DNA of 64,000 nucleotides from a virus (Duplodnaviria; Caudoviricetes): the IMG/VR virus record IMGVR_UViG_3300032038_000010, positions 1 to 64,000 of that record; one strand, written 5' to 3'. The notes beneath the pieces are model-generated. The model saw nothing but the letters and a program-made list of their open reading frames with translations. It made no database searches and was not told where the DNA came from. The translations under genes were made by a program, and so were the position numbers. Shown one piece after another: positions 54,001-64,000 of the stretch (the first letter of the stretch is position 1; every line of letters begins with the position of its first letter).

Positions 54001-57000
54001 TTGTTTTTTACCAAGCAAATCTGTGTAATTAGTAATATGATGCGTTTTGTTAATGGAAACACCCATCGCTCGAAGGGCTTTCGCGCGTTGTGCTAAGTCT
54101 TTTTGCTGTAGTTGCTTTTTCTTTTCTAGTAATGGTAATTCTTTTTTAACAGCTTTTAATTCTTGGTCGATAGCGGCATTTTGCTCACGTAAGTTATCAA
54201 CTAAATCAGTACCTACTAATTTTTCTTCTTGCTCAGAGATGCGCTTTACATCACGTTCAATATCTTTAATATGATTTTCTTGTTCAGCGATAAGGATATT
54301 AATGTCGTGATAAATATCAAGCTCATCCTATAAAGGCTTCTTTGCGTCTTTCTTGCTATCATCGACGTTATCTTTTCCGCCACCTTTTCTGCCACCGCCG
54401 CCTTTTCTGCCACCACCGCCAGACTTTTTACCTGGAGACTTAGAACCACCTTTATTAGATTTAGAATAATTATTATTAACACCGGATGCTTTTTTGGTTA
54501 AACCTTTAATCTTAGGAGTGCCGCCTTCACCATAAGCACCAATATCCATTGCCCAGGCTGAATACTAACCTGTATAAGTATCCTAACCATCTGGTACTGT
54601 CCATGTGGTTTCTTCCCAAGATGTAGAGCCATCAGGATTTATTTTCTCATCAGTTTTTTGATGATAAGTTTTATATTTAGGGATTTTAACTACAGTTGGT
54701 TCCTGTTCAGTGGCATATGTAGCTTCAAATCCCATGGAATCAACTAATGCATTAACTTGATCAACAGTCATGCCAGTTGAAGAAATTAATTCATTTAATC
54801 CATCAATAAAGCTACCTGAATCAAGATAAGTACCGACTGTTATGTCAGGAAGTTCAGCCATTAAATTATTATAAGCTATTTTAACTGCATCAGTGTTTTC
54901 AATAAAATCGCTATTGTCAAGAATAATCTTAGCCATAATGTCTTGAGACATTGACATTCTTAAACGATCAATAGCATCTGCATCTCCATTTGCGGCCAAC
55001 TCCAAGTCTTCCATATTAGATTTAATGAAGTCAGTAGAAACAAAATCTTCACTTACATCTAATAATTTAGAAACAGCCTATCTAGTACCCGCTAAAGCTT
55101 CGCTATATTCTTCGCTTGTCTCAGAACTATCTTCAAGTATAGATGACCAATCCTACCAATTTTCTGCTAATTTATCAATACCATCATTCATTTTCATAAT
55201 GGACTTAGCAGCAACTTTTGCGGTATCTACTCCATCATCTAATGCTTCATCAGCGCCTTCAGCATTATCGGTTACATCTCTAAGACTATTAGCAAAATCT
55301 TTAAGTTTATCAGGGTCTAAATCTTCTAAATCAGCGGCTTGATCTAATTCGATAGCTACTTTAGTGAAAGCCTCACCAGAAATTTCACCATCTTTATATG
55401 CCTATTTTAAATCCTCAATATTATTATAAGACTCAGCAATAGCTAAATCGATGCCTCGCATTTCTGCTTGATTCTATTCGAGTCTTTGATTTAATTGATC
55501 TGTAGTATCACCATAGCTAGCAACTGCGGCCGCCACATCATTTAAAACTCCTGTGGTAGTCTTACCCTTCTCAATTAATTCATCTTGCCATTTATTTAAT
55601 TGAGATTCTTCGTATCCTAAGGCACGTAAGGCATCAATCTGTTTCTGAACATTTTCTCTATTATAATAATTCTCACCATCACTACCAACATAATTTTGAG
55701 ATTTAGATAATTCATCAAAATCATAGTTTGAAACTTTTCGAATCTGTTCATTTTCATTACTTAATTCTTTAGAACGATTTTGGAATTTACTAACTTGTTC
55801 ATCGTGAACCAAATCATAAAACTTCTCAGCGTCGCTTGTGAGTTTAAATGTGCCATCAAGCATTTGAGTAAAATAAGTTTTACCCACATCACTTAATTTT
55901 TCATAATCCTCGGCTGCAATGGTGCTACCTTGTTCTAGATTACCGATTGATTTATATAAGTCAGCATAGCTCTGCTGTAAAGATGCTAATGAATCTTGAT
56001 TATCTGCCATAGAATCAATTAACTGTTGAATTTTTTCATCAGTTAAATCAGTTTCTATGCCAGCCTCTTTCATTGTATCTTTAAAATCATTAACTGTAGT
56101 AGTATTCCAATCAATACCTTTTAAAGTTTCAGTGAATGGAACTATTTCATCAGTCTATAAATTATCTAATATAGTAGATAATTGACCAACTGCGACAGTC
56201 CCTCCGCCTTCTAGTACTGACTCAAAAGCATCAGCAACAGACTCTTGTCCAGATAAAGTAGCATCATCTAAATTATCTTTGATTTTGTCAAAAGCGTTTT
56301 TAGCAGTGTAACTTAAATCATCGCCGATTGTTTCGGCTTCTTTGTCATAAGTATCTGCGGCTTTATTTAAAGCGTCAATCATGCCTTGTTCAGTTGTATA
56401 ACCGAACTCATCATAATGGTCTTTAATCTGTTGACGTAAATCACTATCTTTGTTATCTAAATCTGAAACAAATTGGTCTTTTTCTTCTTTAGTTAAATCA
56501 GCTAATGAACCACCATTACCTCCTGCAAAAGATAATAAAGCATCGCCTGCTTCACCGCCTGCGGTTTTAACATCATTGAGAGCAGCAGTAAACTCCTCCA
56601 TGGACTATCCTGCTTCTTCAAGAGCCTTCTTCTCAGCAAGGGCGGCCGCAGCTACATCATCAGAAATTTCAACTTCTTGACGTTGTAAATTAAGATATTT
56701 ACCTGTGCCGCTATTTGTATCTTTAGCCCAGGTATATCTCATCATATGTGCATATTGCTATTGTAATTTTTTATCTGAGCCATTATAAACACTATCATCA
56801 GATTTAAATAAACCTTTTTTCTTGTATTTATCAACTGTATTATCTACCCTGGCATTAATCATAGCTTGTAATGCAGCTTTACTTGCATCACCAGTTACTG
56901 AATTATAATCTTCATTAGTAGCAAATTGACTGTCATATAATGCTTTCTGCTCGACCTTATTAGCTTCGGTATTATTATCAATAGCAATAGACGCAGATTC

Positions 57001-60000
57001 GATTGCATTCTTGTTATCGTAAATAGCCTCAACTAAATCCTGGGTATTATTAGAAAAGCCATTATCCGCAAGAGTATCCTAAATTGCTTGTTTTTCTGCC
57101 TCAGTAAGATCTTCATACTGTTTATCAAGGATGTCTTTATTAGCATCAAATACTGCAAGGGCGGCCTGCCCTACAGCATTGCCTTCCCACTTAGTTATAC
57201 CAGCATCATCGGCAATAGTGCGCCCTAAATCTGTAGTATTACTTTCATTTTCTGCTTTGCGGACTCTTACTGTTGCCGCGTATTGTGACATCTTCGCAGC
57301 ATCTAATTGATTTTCTGCTTGCTTCGTTAAAGCATCAATTCCCTCTTGAGTAATATTTAACTGCCCAGTAGCAGAATCTCTTTCAACATACTTAGCCAGT
57401 TCAGGATAAGTATCGAGTAACTGCAATACCTACTCATTACATTGTTTAATTGCATCTCGCCACTCTTGAGTGCCAATGGTAAGATCATCAATAGCATCAG
57501 CAGCCTTCTGATAATTCTCAAGTGAAGATTTTAATTCATCATAAGCTTGCTGCGCTTCTTGAACAGCTTTAGTTTGTTGCTTTTGTTCTTTTTTAGCTTC
57601 TTCTAATGCTCGCGCATCTTCAGTATATTTATCATATAGTAATTTAATAGCGACGCTTAATCCGATAATTGCGGCGGCAGCTATGGCAACTGGTGCAACA
57701 AGAGCTCCTATTGCGCCTCCTAAAGTAGTAATACTGCCTCCTGCGGCGCCCGCACCTTTTGCAACCCAAGGGAGAGTGTTGGCAAAACTAATTAAAGGAC
57801 CAGACGCACTAGATAACCCATTAGAAACTAATTTAATACCTTCGAATAATGACTTACCGCCATTAACAAACATTGGTATAGTCATCGCTAGACTAGTGGA
57901 AATAGATAAAATTTTATCAGATAACTCAATATTATCATCTTTTAGTGTATTAACTATACCTTTAACACCTTGTAATGCAAATAATAATTGAGTAACTCCT
58001 TGAAAAGCTTCAGTAAATCCTTTTGCAAAAGATTGATCTTTTAAAGCAGTCATTAAACGTTGGAAAGCACCTGCTGTCTTATCAACCTCTGGCTGACTAT
58101 TACGCATTTCTACTTCCAATTCTAACAAATCATTAGTGACATTATCAAGTTTAATGCCGCATCTATCTAATAATTTAATTAATTGATTAAAATTAGCTGC
58201 TGCAACATCTGGATCAGTAGCATTTTGTAAATTAGTTTTAAACTTTTCAAAATTAGCTCGATCTACTGTTGACATTGTCTCTAGAACTTTTTGATCAACA
58301 GAATCTAATGATGCTGCAATAGTATGAGCTGATCCTACTATATCTTCTGCTTTACTTGCTTTTTTTATTGAACTACTTAATTTATCATACTATAATTGCA
58401 AATCCGTTAAAGCATCAGTTACCTTTTGTATATTTTCTGGCCCATTTTTAGCCATTTTATATACATCTGATAATGCTCCCTGCCCTGCATTTTTATTAAT
58501 AATAGTACCATTTTTACTATTAGTAGCAAATGCAGACATTCGATCTTTTCCTTTATATACATTATAATAAGCAATAGCATTATCTACAGTCTCTTTCCAT
58601 CCATTAGACAAATTAAGAACTGCCGCTTTTTGCTATATTAAATTATTTAATTCTTCTGCTTGTGCTGTTGACATAACATCTCTATACGCCATAGCACTAT
58701 TTTTCATAGTATATAATACATTAATATTTTCTTTTAAATTAACAAGGTTGCTTTTCTCTAACTCACTAGCGTTACCAGGCAGTCCAGTAGTATTAACTTT
58801 GGACAGCATTTGTAGAAATTCAGCTTCTGCTTTTGCTTTATCTAATTGATTTGTATAAACTCGCAAATTAGATATAGCAGTAACAATGCCTTCAGTAATT
58901 TGCTTACCAAAAACATTTGCCCCTAAAGCACCTAACCCTGCTAATGTACCTTGAGCACCGCCCATGCCATCAATAAATCTAGCTAAAACAGTAGCTGCGT
59001 CTGTTCCTAAATCTACTATTGCTTTTAAATCATCTTCGCTGATAGCCGAATCTTTTACATCATCCATGGCAGCTTGAAGTTGTTTATATTTAGCAGATAA
59101 ACTTTCAAGCTTAATACTATTTTGTTCTTCAATAGTGCCTTGTGCAGTCATAGATGTATTCAATGCCTGAGTATACATATCCCAGTTATCGAATAATGCA
59201 ATTAAGTTATTATATTGACGTTTGCCAGCCATAGCTTCAGCCATAGCAATACGCTGAGCTTTAGTCCAAGTATTCCATTTGGCGGCAACATCATTAATAA
59301 CATCGCCCATATCACGAAGGTTACCAGTTTCATCGAGGATTTGAATACCTGCTGCTTCCATTTGGCCTGAAACATCACCAAGAACAACTCCGTCTTCATC
59401 TGTTCCGCCCATCTTTAAATCGCCCATACGAGCATAAATGGTTTTTAATGCAGTACCAACAGATTCTGGAGCTTGACGAGTTACAGATACAATAGTAGCT
59501 AACTGCGCATTGAGGGAATCAAGAGGCACACCCATCATATTCGCAGTAGCAGCAACTTTTGACATACCTGTTGAAATTTCTTCCAAATCAGATGCAGTAG
59601 TTGCAGCAACAGCAGCTAAACTATCAAAAGCGCCTTCAACTTGATCTACACCAAGCTGATAACCATTCATTACTGCGGTAATTTCTTCTGATACTTGATC
59701 CGCAGCCTGTCCAGTAATATTTGCTACTTTAAGAGTAGTTTCTGCCAATGTTTTTGCTTGGTTTTCATTTAAGCCTTGCTGATAATAAATCAAAGCCGCG
59801 TCTGTATATGCGGTTGTAGTCTGCCCAATCGCTTTCGCAGATCTATTCGCATACTCAGCAAAACTAGCCATATCTTGGGCAGATTTTCCAGTAATAATTC
59901 TAATATCATTTAATGAGGTATCAAGAGCTTTAACATAAGTAAAAGCATTTGATACCTGACTTATAAAAGTGTTAACAATACTAGAAGAAATTGTCCAACG

Positions 60001-60438
60001 AGCACTATTTGCTAATGTTGTTCTAATCTTATCTAATGTAGCACTAGTTTGAATTAATTTTGTATTTGTGCTTAAAGCTGATGCAGTAATATTATTAAAA
60101 GCATTTTGTCCAGTTGCACCTAATTTACTAAAATCTTGCGCAATTTTATTTATCCCAATACGAGACAATTCTTGATTAAATTTACTAATATTAATAGTAC
60201 CTAAATCAGCGTTAAAAGCTTTCATTAAAGCTTTTTCAACTTCATTTGCAGTTGTTTTAATTTTCTTTAATTCACTCGCTGCATCGGTCCCAAGCTTAAA
60301 TTCAACATTTTTACTACTTAAAGATTGAATTTCAGATAAAGACTTTTTAAGCTTATCTAAATTAGAATTATCAATTTTAAAATCAACACCAAAAGTGATG
60401 TTACCACCACTCATTCCGCCACTTCCATATTTTGGCAT
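51016..60438 (-). CDS. tape measure protein (3140 aa with TAG readthrough)
   Basis: 12 listed ORF fragments share one frame and the junctions examined are TAG; TP901-type core (TRQAPESVGTALKTIYAR); C-terminal FATGGYTG...MLHQKELILN. Confidence 0.92.
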
Positions 60439-60506
60439 AATGTTGACCTCCTTTTCTCTCTTATATAATTAATATATTAACATTTATACTCACCTCTTTC
60501 TGAGTA

Positions 60507-60552
60507 TAAAAAAATCACCCTTTACTATCTGTATTTGATAGAAAGGGTGATT
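60507..60552 (-). terminator. intrinsic terminator
   Basis: AATCACCCTTT...AAAGGGTGATT with T-tract on the minus strand. Confidence 0.7.
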
Positions 60553-60580
60553 AATTTAATTTGTTTTGGCCTTACTTATA

Positions 60581-61171
60581 TTAATTTGCGGCGGCCGCCT
60601 TGGTGACATTATTCATGCCAGTCGCATCTGCAACATGAGCGAGCTCCCGCACTTGAGCAAACTGATCTGGACTAATATTATTTACAATATCAGCGGCCGC
60701 CTGTGCGTTCTTAGGAAGGTCAGTAATAACTCTCTGAAGAACTGCACCCGCAGTGTTACGATATGTAAGAATATCAGCCTTAGTCTGATTAAGATAATCA
60801 ACCAAATGCTTGTATTCATCTTGATCCATATTCGCAATAACTTGATCAATCACACCTGCGCATTGAAGCTGGTCATAAAGTTTATAAGGATCTGACTTTT
60901 GATTATCAGTAAATGAAATATTTGAATAAAGATAAACAATATTCAGATTGAAAAATACGTCTAATTTAATATCGTTATAGACGCCATCTTCTTCAGCCTC
61001 TTGAAGTGCTACTTGAACAAGATCAATCTTATCTTCAACTGGAAGATATTTAAGCACTTCTACTGTGTTACCTTCAAAATCAAATGTATTTACTGAAGTA
61101 TCAATTTTACAAGCAGACTTAATTCTTGTATATGCGATTTTTGCCATAATAAAATCTCCTTTTAACTCCAA
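60581..61171 (-). CDS. probable tail assembly chaperone
   Basis: between tail tube and tape measure genes; EVLKYLP motif; own TTGACA/TATAAT promoter; probable start 61147. Confidence 0.55.
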   Translation of the reverse strand: MELKGDFIMAKIAYTRIKSACKIDTSVNTFDFEGNTVEVLKYLPVEDKIDLVQVALQEAEEDGVYNDIKLDVFFNLNIVYLYSNISFTDNQKSDPYKLYDQLQCAGVIDQVIANMDQDEYKHLVDYLNQTKADILTYRNTAGAVLQRVITDLPKNAQAAADIVNNISPDQFAQVRELAHVADATGMNNVTKAAAAN

Positions 61172-61209
61172 TTTCTATATTTATATTATACTAAAGTTTT
61201 TCACTTTTG

Positions 61210-62301
61210 TCAACCTCTTAAATAAACAGGAACTTCCAATTCACCTTTTATCTTTTCTATTCCTGCGTTTTTAAGAGCTTCCTCTACAGAATCTCCTACT
61301 CCTTTAAAATTACGAGTAGCAGCAACTTCATGAAGCTTCTGCTTTAAAGCTTGAACTTTATTTTCATCAAAATCTATATCCATAACCATCCTAGCTAATT
61401 CTTCAACTTGATTAATACTAAGAGCAGAAGCCTTACCTGATTTAATAGCATACTCCATATTAGTTTCTACAACAGAAATATCACCTTTTAATAAACCAGA
61501 CTCATTATCAACATTAGCAACCTCTCCCATATATATATCAATATTGCCTTCCATGTCCTTATCAAAAGGCTCTTCAGGGCGCAAAAACACCCAAGCAGAA
61601 TAAGCCTCATTAATATCACCTTCTGCTGATACTGACATTACTGCCCATTTAGGCGGTGCGCTAGGATTAATCCACATAACCAATCTTGGTCTTGCTTTTG
61701 AATAATTAAAACGAGCAATAACTTCTTTATAAGTCGCATTTAATCCTGCTGTATTTGCTCTAAATTTTTCTAAATCTAATCGTTTACCAGCTGCTTCAAA
61801 TTGTTTAGCTTGTTTGCCTGTCATTGAAAGACGAGCAACTAACTTTTGACTACTAGATTCATCAAAAGACATAATATCTGTCTCTTCAAGTTCAAATAAT
61901 ATAGGATCTCCTTTCCCTTTCCGATAAACATATATCATTTGAGAATGTTGTCCTATATATTCATTAATTAATTTTTGAAAACTAAAAGTAGCAGTATATA
62001 CTTCTCTTGGAATAGCACCTTTTAAAAATAAATTATTTCGTTCTTTATTTTTCTTATATTCTTCTACTAATTCTGGCGTTTGCGGGTCTGTATGTCTGAT
62101 TGCTTTCTGTCTTTGAGCAATAGATTCAAACATATTAATTTCTTGTTTATCTTTTGTAATAATATCAAGATAATTGCGTGCAGCTACTCTTAATTCATCT
62201 AATCTAGGTTTTCGCGACTCTCTAATAACTTGATCTGTTATATCTACTATAACTTGTGCAGTTTGTGAAATAACAGCTTCATTTATATTAATTTCTGCCA
62301 T
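61210..62301 (-). CDS. hypothetical protein
   Basis: 363-aa ORF; GDINEAY...GDI...YAIK could be a PD-(D/E)XK-like motif. Confidence 0.6.
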   Translation of the reverse strand: MAEININEAVISQTAQVIVDITDQVIRESRKPRLDELRVAARNYLDIITKDKQEINMFESIAQRQKAIRHTDPQTPELVEEYKKNKERNNLFLKGAIPREVYTATFSFQKLINEYIGQHSQMIYVYRKGKGDPILFELEETDIMSFDESSSQKLVARLSMTGKQAKQFEAAGKRLDLEKFRANTAGLNATYKEVIARFNYSKARPRLVMWINPSAPPKWAVMSVSAEGDINEAYSAWVFLRPEEPFDKDMEGNIDIYMGEVANVDNESGLLKGDISVVETNMEYAIKSGKASALSINQVEELARMVMDIDFDENKVQALKQKLHEVAATRNFKGVGDSVEEALKNAGIEKIKGELEVPVYLRG

Positions 62302-62371
62302 TTATGCCACACCTCATTCCTTGGCGGCGACCTAGTCTCACCGATCGGTTTAACGGGCTCCCGCATATATT

Positions 62372-62407
62372 AAAAAAAAATAGGGGGTGGCTTTCGCCAC
62401 CCCCTAT
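62372..62407 (-). terminator. intrinsic terminator after the tail tube gene
   Basis: ATAGGGGGTGGC-TTTC-GCCACCCCCTAT (GAAA loop on minus) plus T-tract. Confidence 0.85.
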
Positions 62408-62459
62408 GTATAAATTAATTCCTTATCAAGGTTTTTCTTCTGTATCGCCAGTACCGCCG

Positions 62460-63207
62460 TCAAGGAGTACTAGGGCCTGTCGTGCTACCGCCATCATTAG
62501 CTGTTGTAGAGTCGTTAGGGAAAATATCCTCGTGCTCTTTAGCATCAGTATGAGGCATTACAGGCTTGCTAGCGCTGGCCTGCTTAGAAGCATTAGCGAT
62601 CTGAAGTACGCAAAGAACCTTCTTAGTCTTATCGAAATAAGTGTATCCAGGGAAAGCATCCATCGTGAAGGTGAATGTAGAAGGATCACCAGTTCCTGCC
62701 ATAGTAATTGTAAAGTTAGACTGAATCTTAACATTAGGGAATGTAAGGTTAGCAGGAAGATCCTTACCAGTTGCCTGCTCCCTGAAAAGAGTATCAGCTT
62801 CAACGTAGTAATATCCAGCAAAAGTATCAGGCGTAATATCAGCTTCATATACGCTCTTGCCTGGGAGATCAATGTAATAATCTACCATTACATTCTTGTT
62901 AGCAGCAGATGCAATCGTAATAGTCTTGTCAGCAACAGTAGCTTCCTTAAATACTTCTCCAGTAAGAGAACCATCATCTTCAACACCCATTACGAAAACA
63001 GGAGCGTCCTTAGAGCAAACTGCTGCTTCACCAAAATCAGCAATGGCATCTGTAAGATCAATAACACCGCTAGCATTAGCAGATGCCATAGTTGTCATAT
63101 GGAAGTGAACCTTATCTTCGCCGCCTTCTGCACTCTTAAATAATCCAGCACCAGAAAGAATACTGAAACCGATCGGGCTAAGAAGAGCATCTTCAACAGT
63201 AAAAGTA
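62460..63207 (-). CDS. major tail (tube) protein, 3' exon
   Basis: frame open upstream of 63098: TFTVEDALLSPIGFSILSGAG; GYYYVEADTLFR, GDPSTFTFTMDAFP. Confidence 0.75.
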
Positions 63208-64000
63208 CATTTTTAAAAATATATATTATCTCTAATATAATTAGACTATATCTTTGTATATAAATACAATCCCCACAGTCTCTCTATGAGAGCACTTAGT
63301 CGTTGAAATTTTTAATTATAATCTGCCAGAAATCTGAAGTGGTCAAAAACTTTTCTAATTCATTAAAAAATTGATATGGAATAACTAAAAATGGAATCTT
63401 ATTTTCTTCACAAAATTTTCGTTTAATATAATCATGTTTTTGCTGAAATACTAAACGTTCTTCAGTTCTCCATCCAGTACCAGTAGCAGAATAATGTTGC
63501 GCTCCGTTATTTTCAATTAATCCAATTAATTCTCCTTCGTTATTAAATAAAGCAAAATCAAAAGGTAACGGTCTTTTGTCACAACAATCTTCAAATTTAC
63601 ACTCTCGCTTAAATGGAATATTATATTTTGTTAAAATCTTGTCCATTAATTCATTGGCTTTAGAATTAATACAACCGCAAGAAACTGTATTGCCATTAAA
63701 TAAATTTTTACCTAATACAGTAACAATATTTCCACAGTCACATTGACATTTATAATAATAACTATTATTTTTTAATTCATAGTCAATGATTGTTAATTTT
63801 CCATATTTTTCTCCAATATGCGATTTTGCGTTTTGCTCATTCTTTTCTTTATTATGTTTGTCTTTCAAACAACCACAGCTTTTTGAAGAACCATTTTTTA
63901 AACTAGAACCAAAAACACTCTTTATCTTACCGCAAGAACATTTACAAATATAATATCTTGGCTTGCTAGGATCTTTTTTCAACACTGTCCATTCTCCGAA
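63208..64000 (-). mobile_element. group I intron (3' part) in the tail tube gene
   Basis: R element TTCAACGACTAA, S element AAGATATAGTCT, terminal G at 63208. Confidence 0.82.
63296..64000 (-). CDS. intron-encoded homing endonuclease (CxCxCG repeats plus Vsr/EDxHD-like nuclease), 5' end outside the window
   Basis: CKCSCG, CQCDCG, LPFDF, LIENNGAQHY, HDYIKR; stop overlaps the P7 strand. Confidence 0.8.
   Translation of the reverse strand, partial: FGEWTVLKKDPSKPRYYICKCSCGKIKSVFGSSLKNGSSKSCGCLKDKHNKEKNEQNAKSHIGEKYGKLTIIDYELKNNSYYYKCQCDCGNIVTVLGKNLFNGNTVSCGCINSKANELMDKILTKYNIPFKRECKFEDCCDKRPLPFDFALFNNEGELIGLIENNGAQHYSATGTGWRTEERLVFQQKHDYIKRKFCEENKIPFLVIPYQFFNELEKFLTTSDFWQIIIKNFND

Noticed and set aside
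28776-60438. Tail genes as pseudogenes or sequencing errors
   Set aside because: Breaks examined are all TAG, fragments stay in one frame, and a CTA tRNA is present

Overview
A 64-kb internal segment of a large, AT-rich tailed phage. A Firmicutes host, probably Lachnospiraceae/Clostridia-like, is inferred from the SigA-type promoters, GGAGG RBSs and gene families. Bases 1-28.6 kb (+ strand) hold early/accessory gene cassettes, most behind a copy of one promoter motif. They include an AAA ATPase, SprT-like protein, FolD, two RNA ligases, a kinase-like protein and a SleB-like hydrolase. They also include about 20 tRNAs, among them an amber suppressor (anticodon CTA), and a Ro60/TROVE-like DUF2828 gene preceded by six Y-RNA-like elements. 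Bases 28.7-64 kb (- strand) are the tail module. There TAG is a sense codon, and the fragmented ORFs fuse in frame into a 3140-aa tape measure protein, a 1612-aa tail fibre and others. The module contains a complete diversity-generating retroelement (DGR: Ig+C-type-lectin target, Avd, TR, RT) and a group I intron with a homing endonuclease in the tail tube gene. Main candidate novelties: (1) TAG appears to be read largely as Glu, or ambiguously as Glu/Gln, via a tRNA-Glu-like suppressor, rather than the Gln of code 15; (2) a DUF2828 protein with small RNAs carrying anticodon-like hairpins; (3) an endonuclease cassette that split a tRNA gene and carries its own tRNA and promoter. Family assignments come from recognised motifs only; no searches were run.
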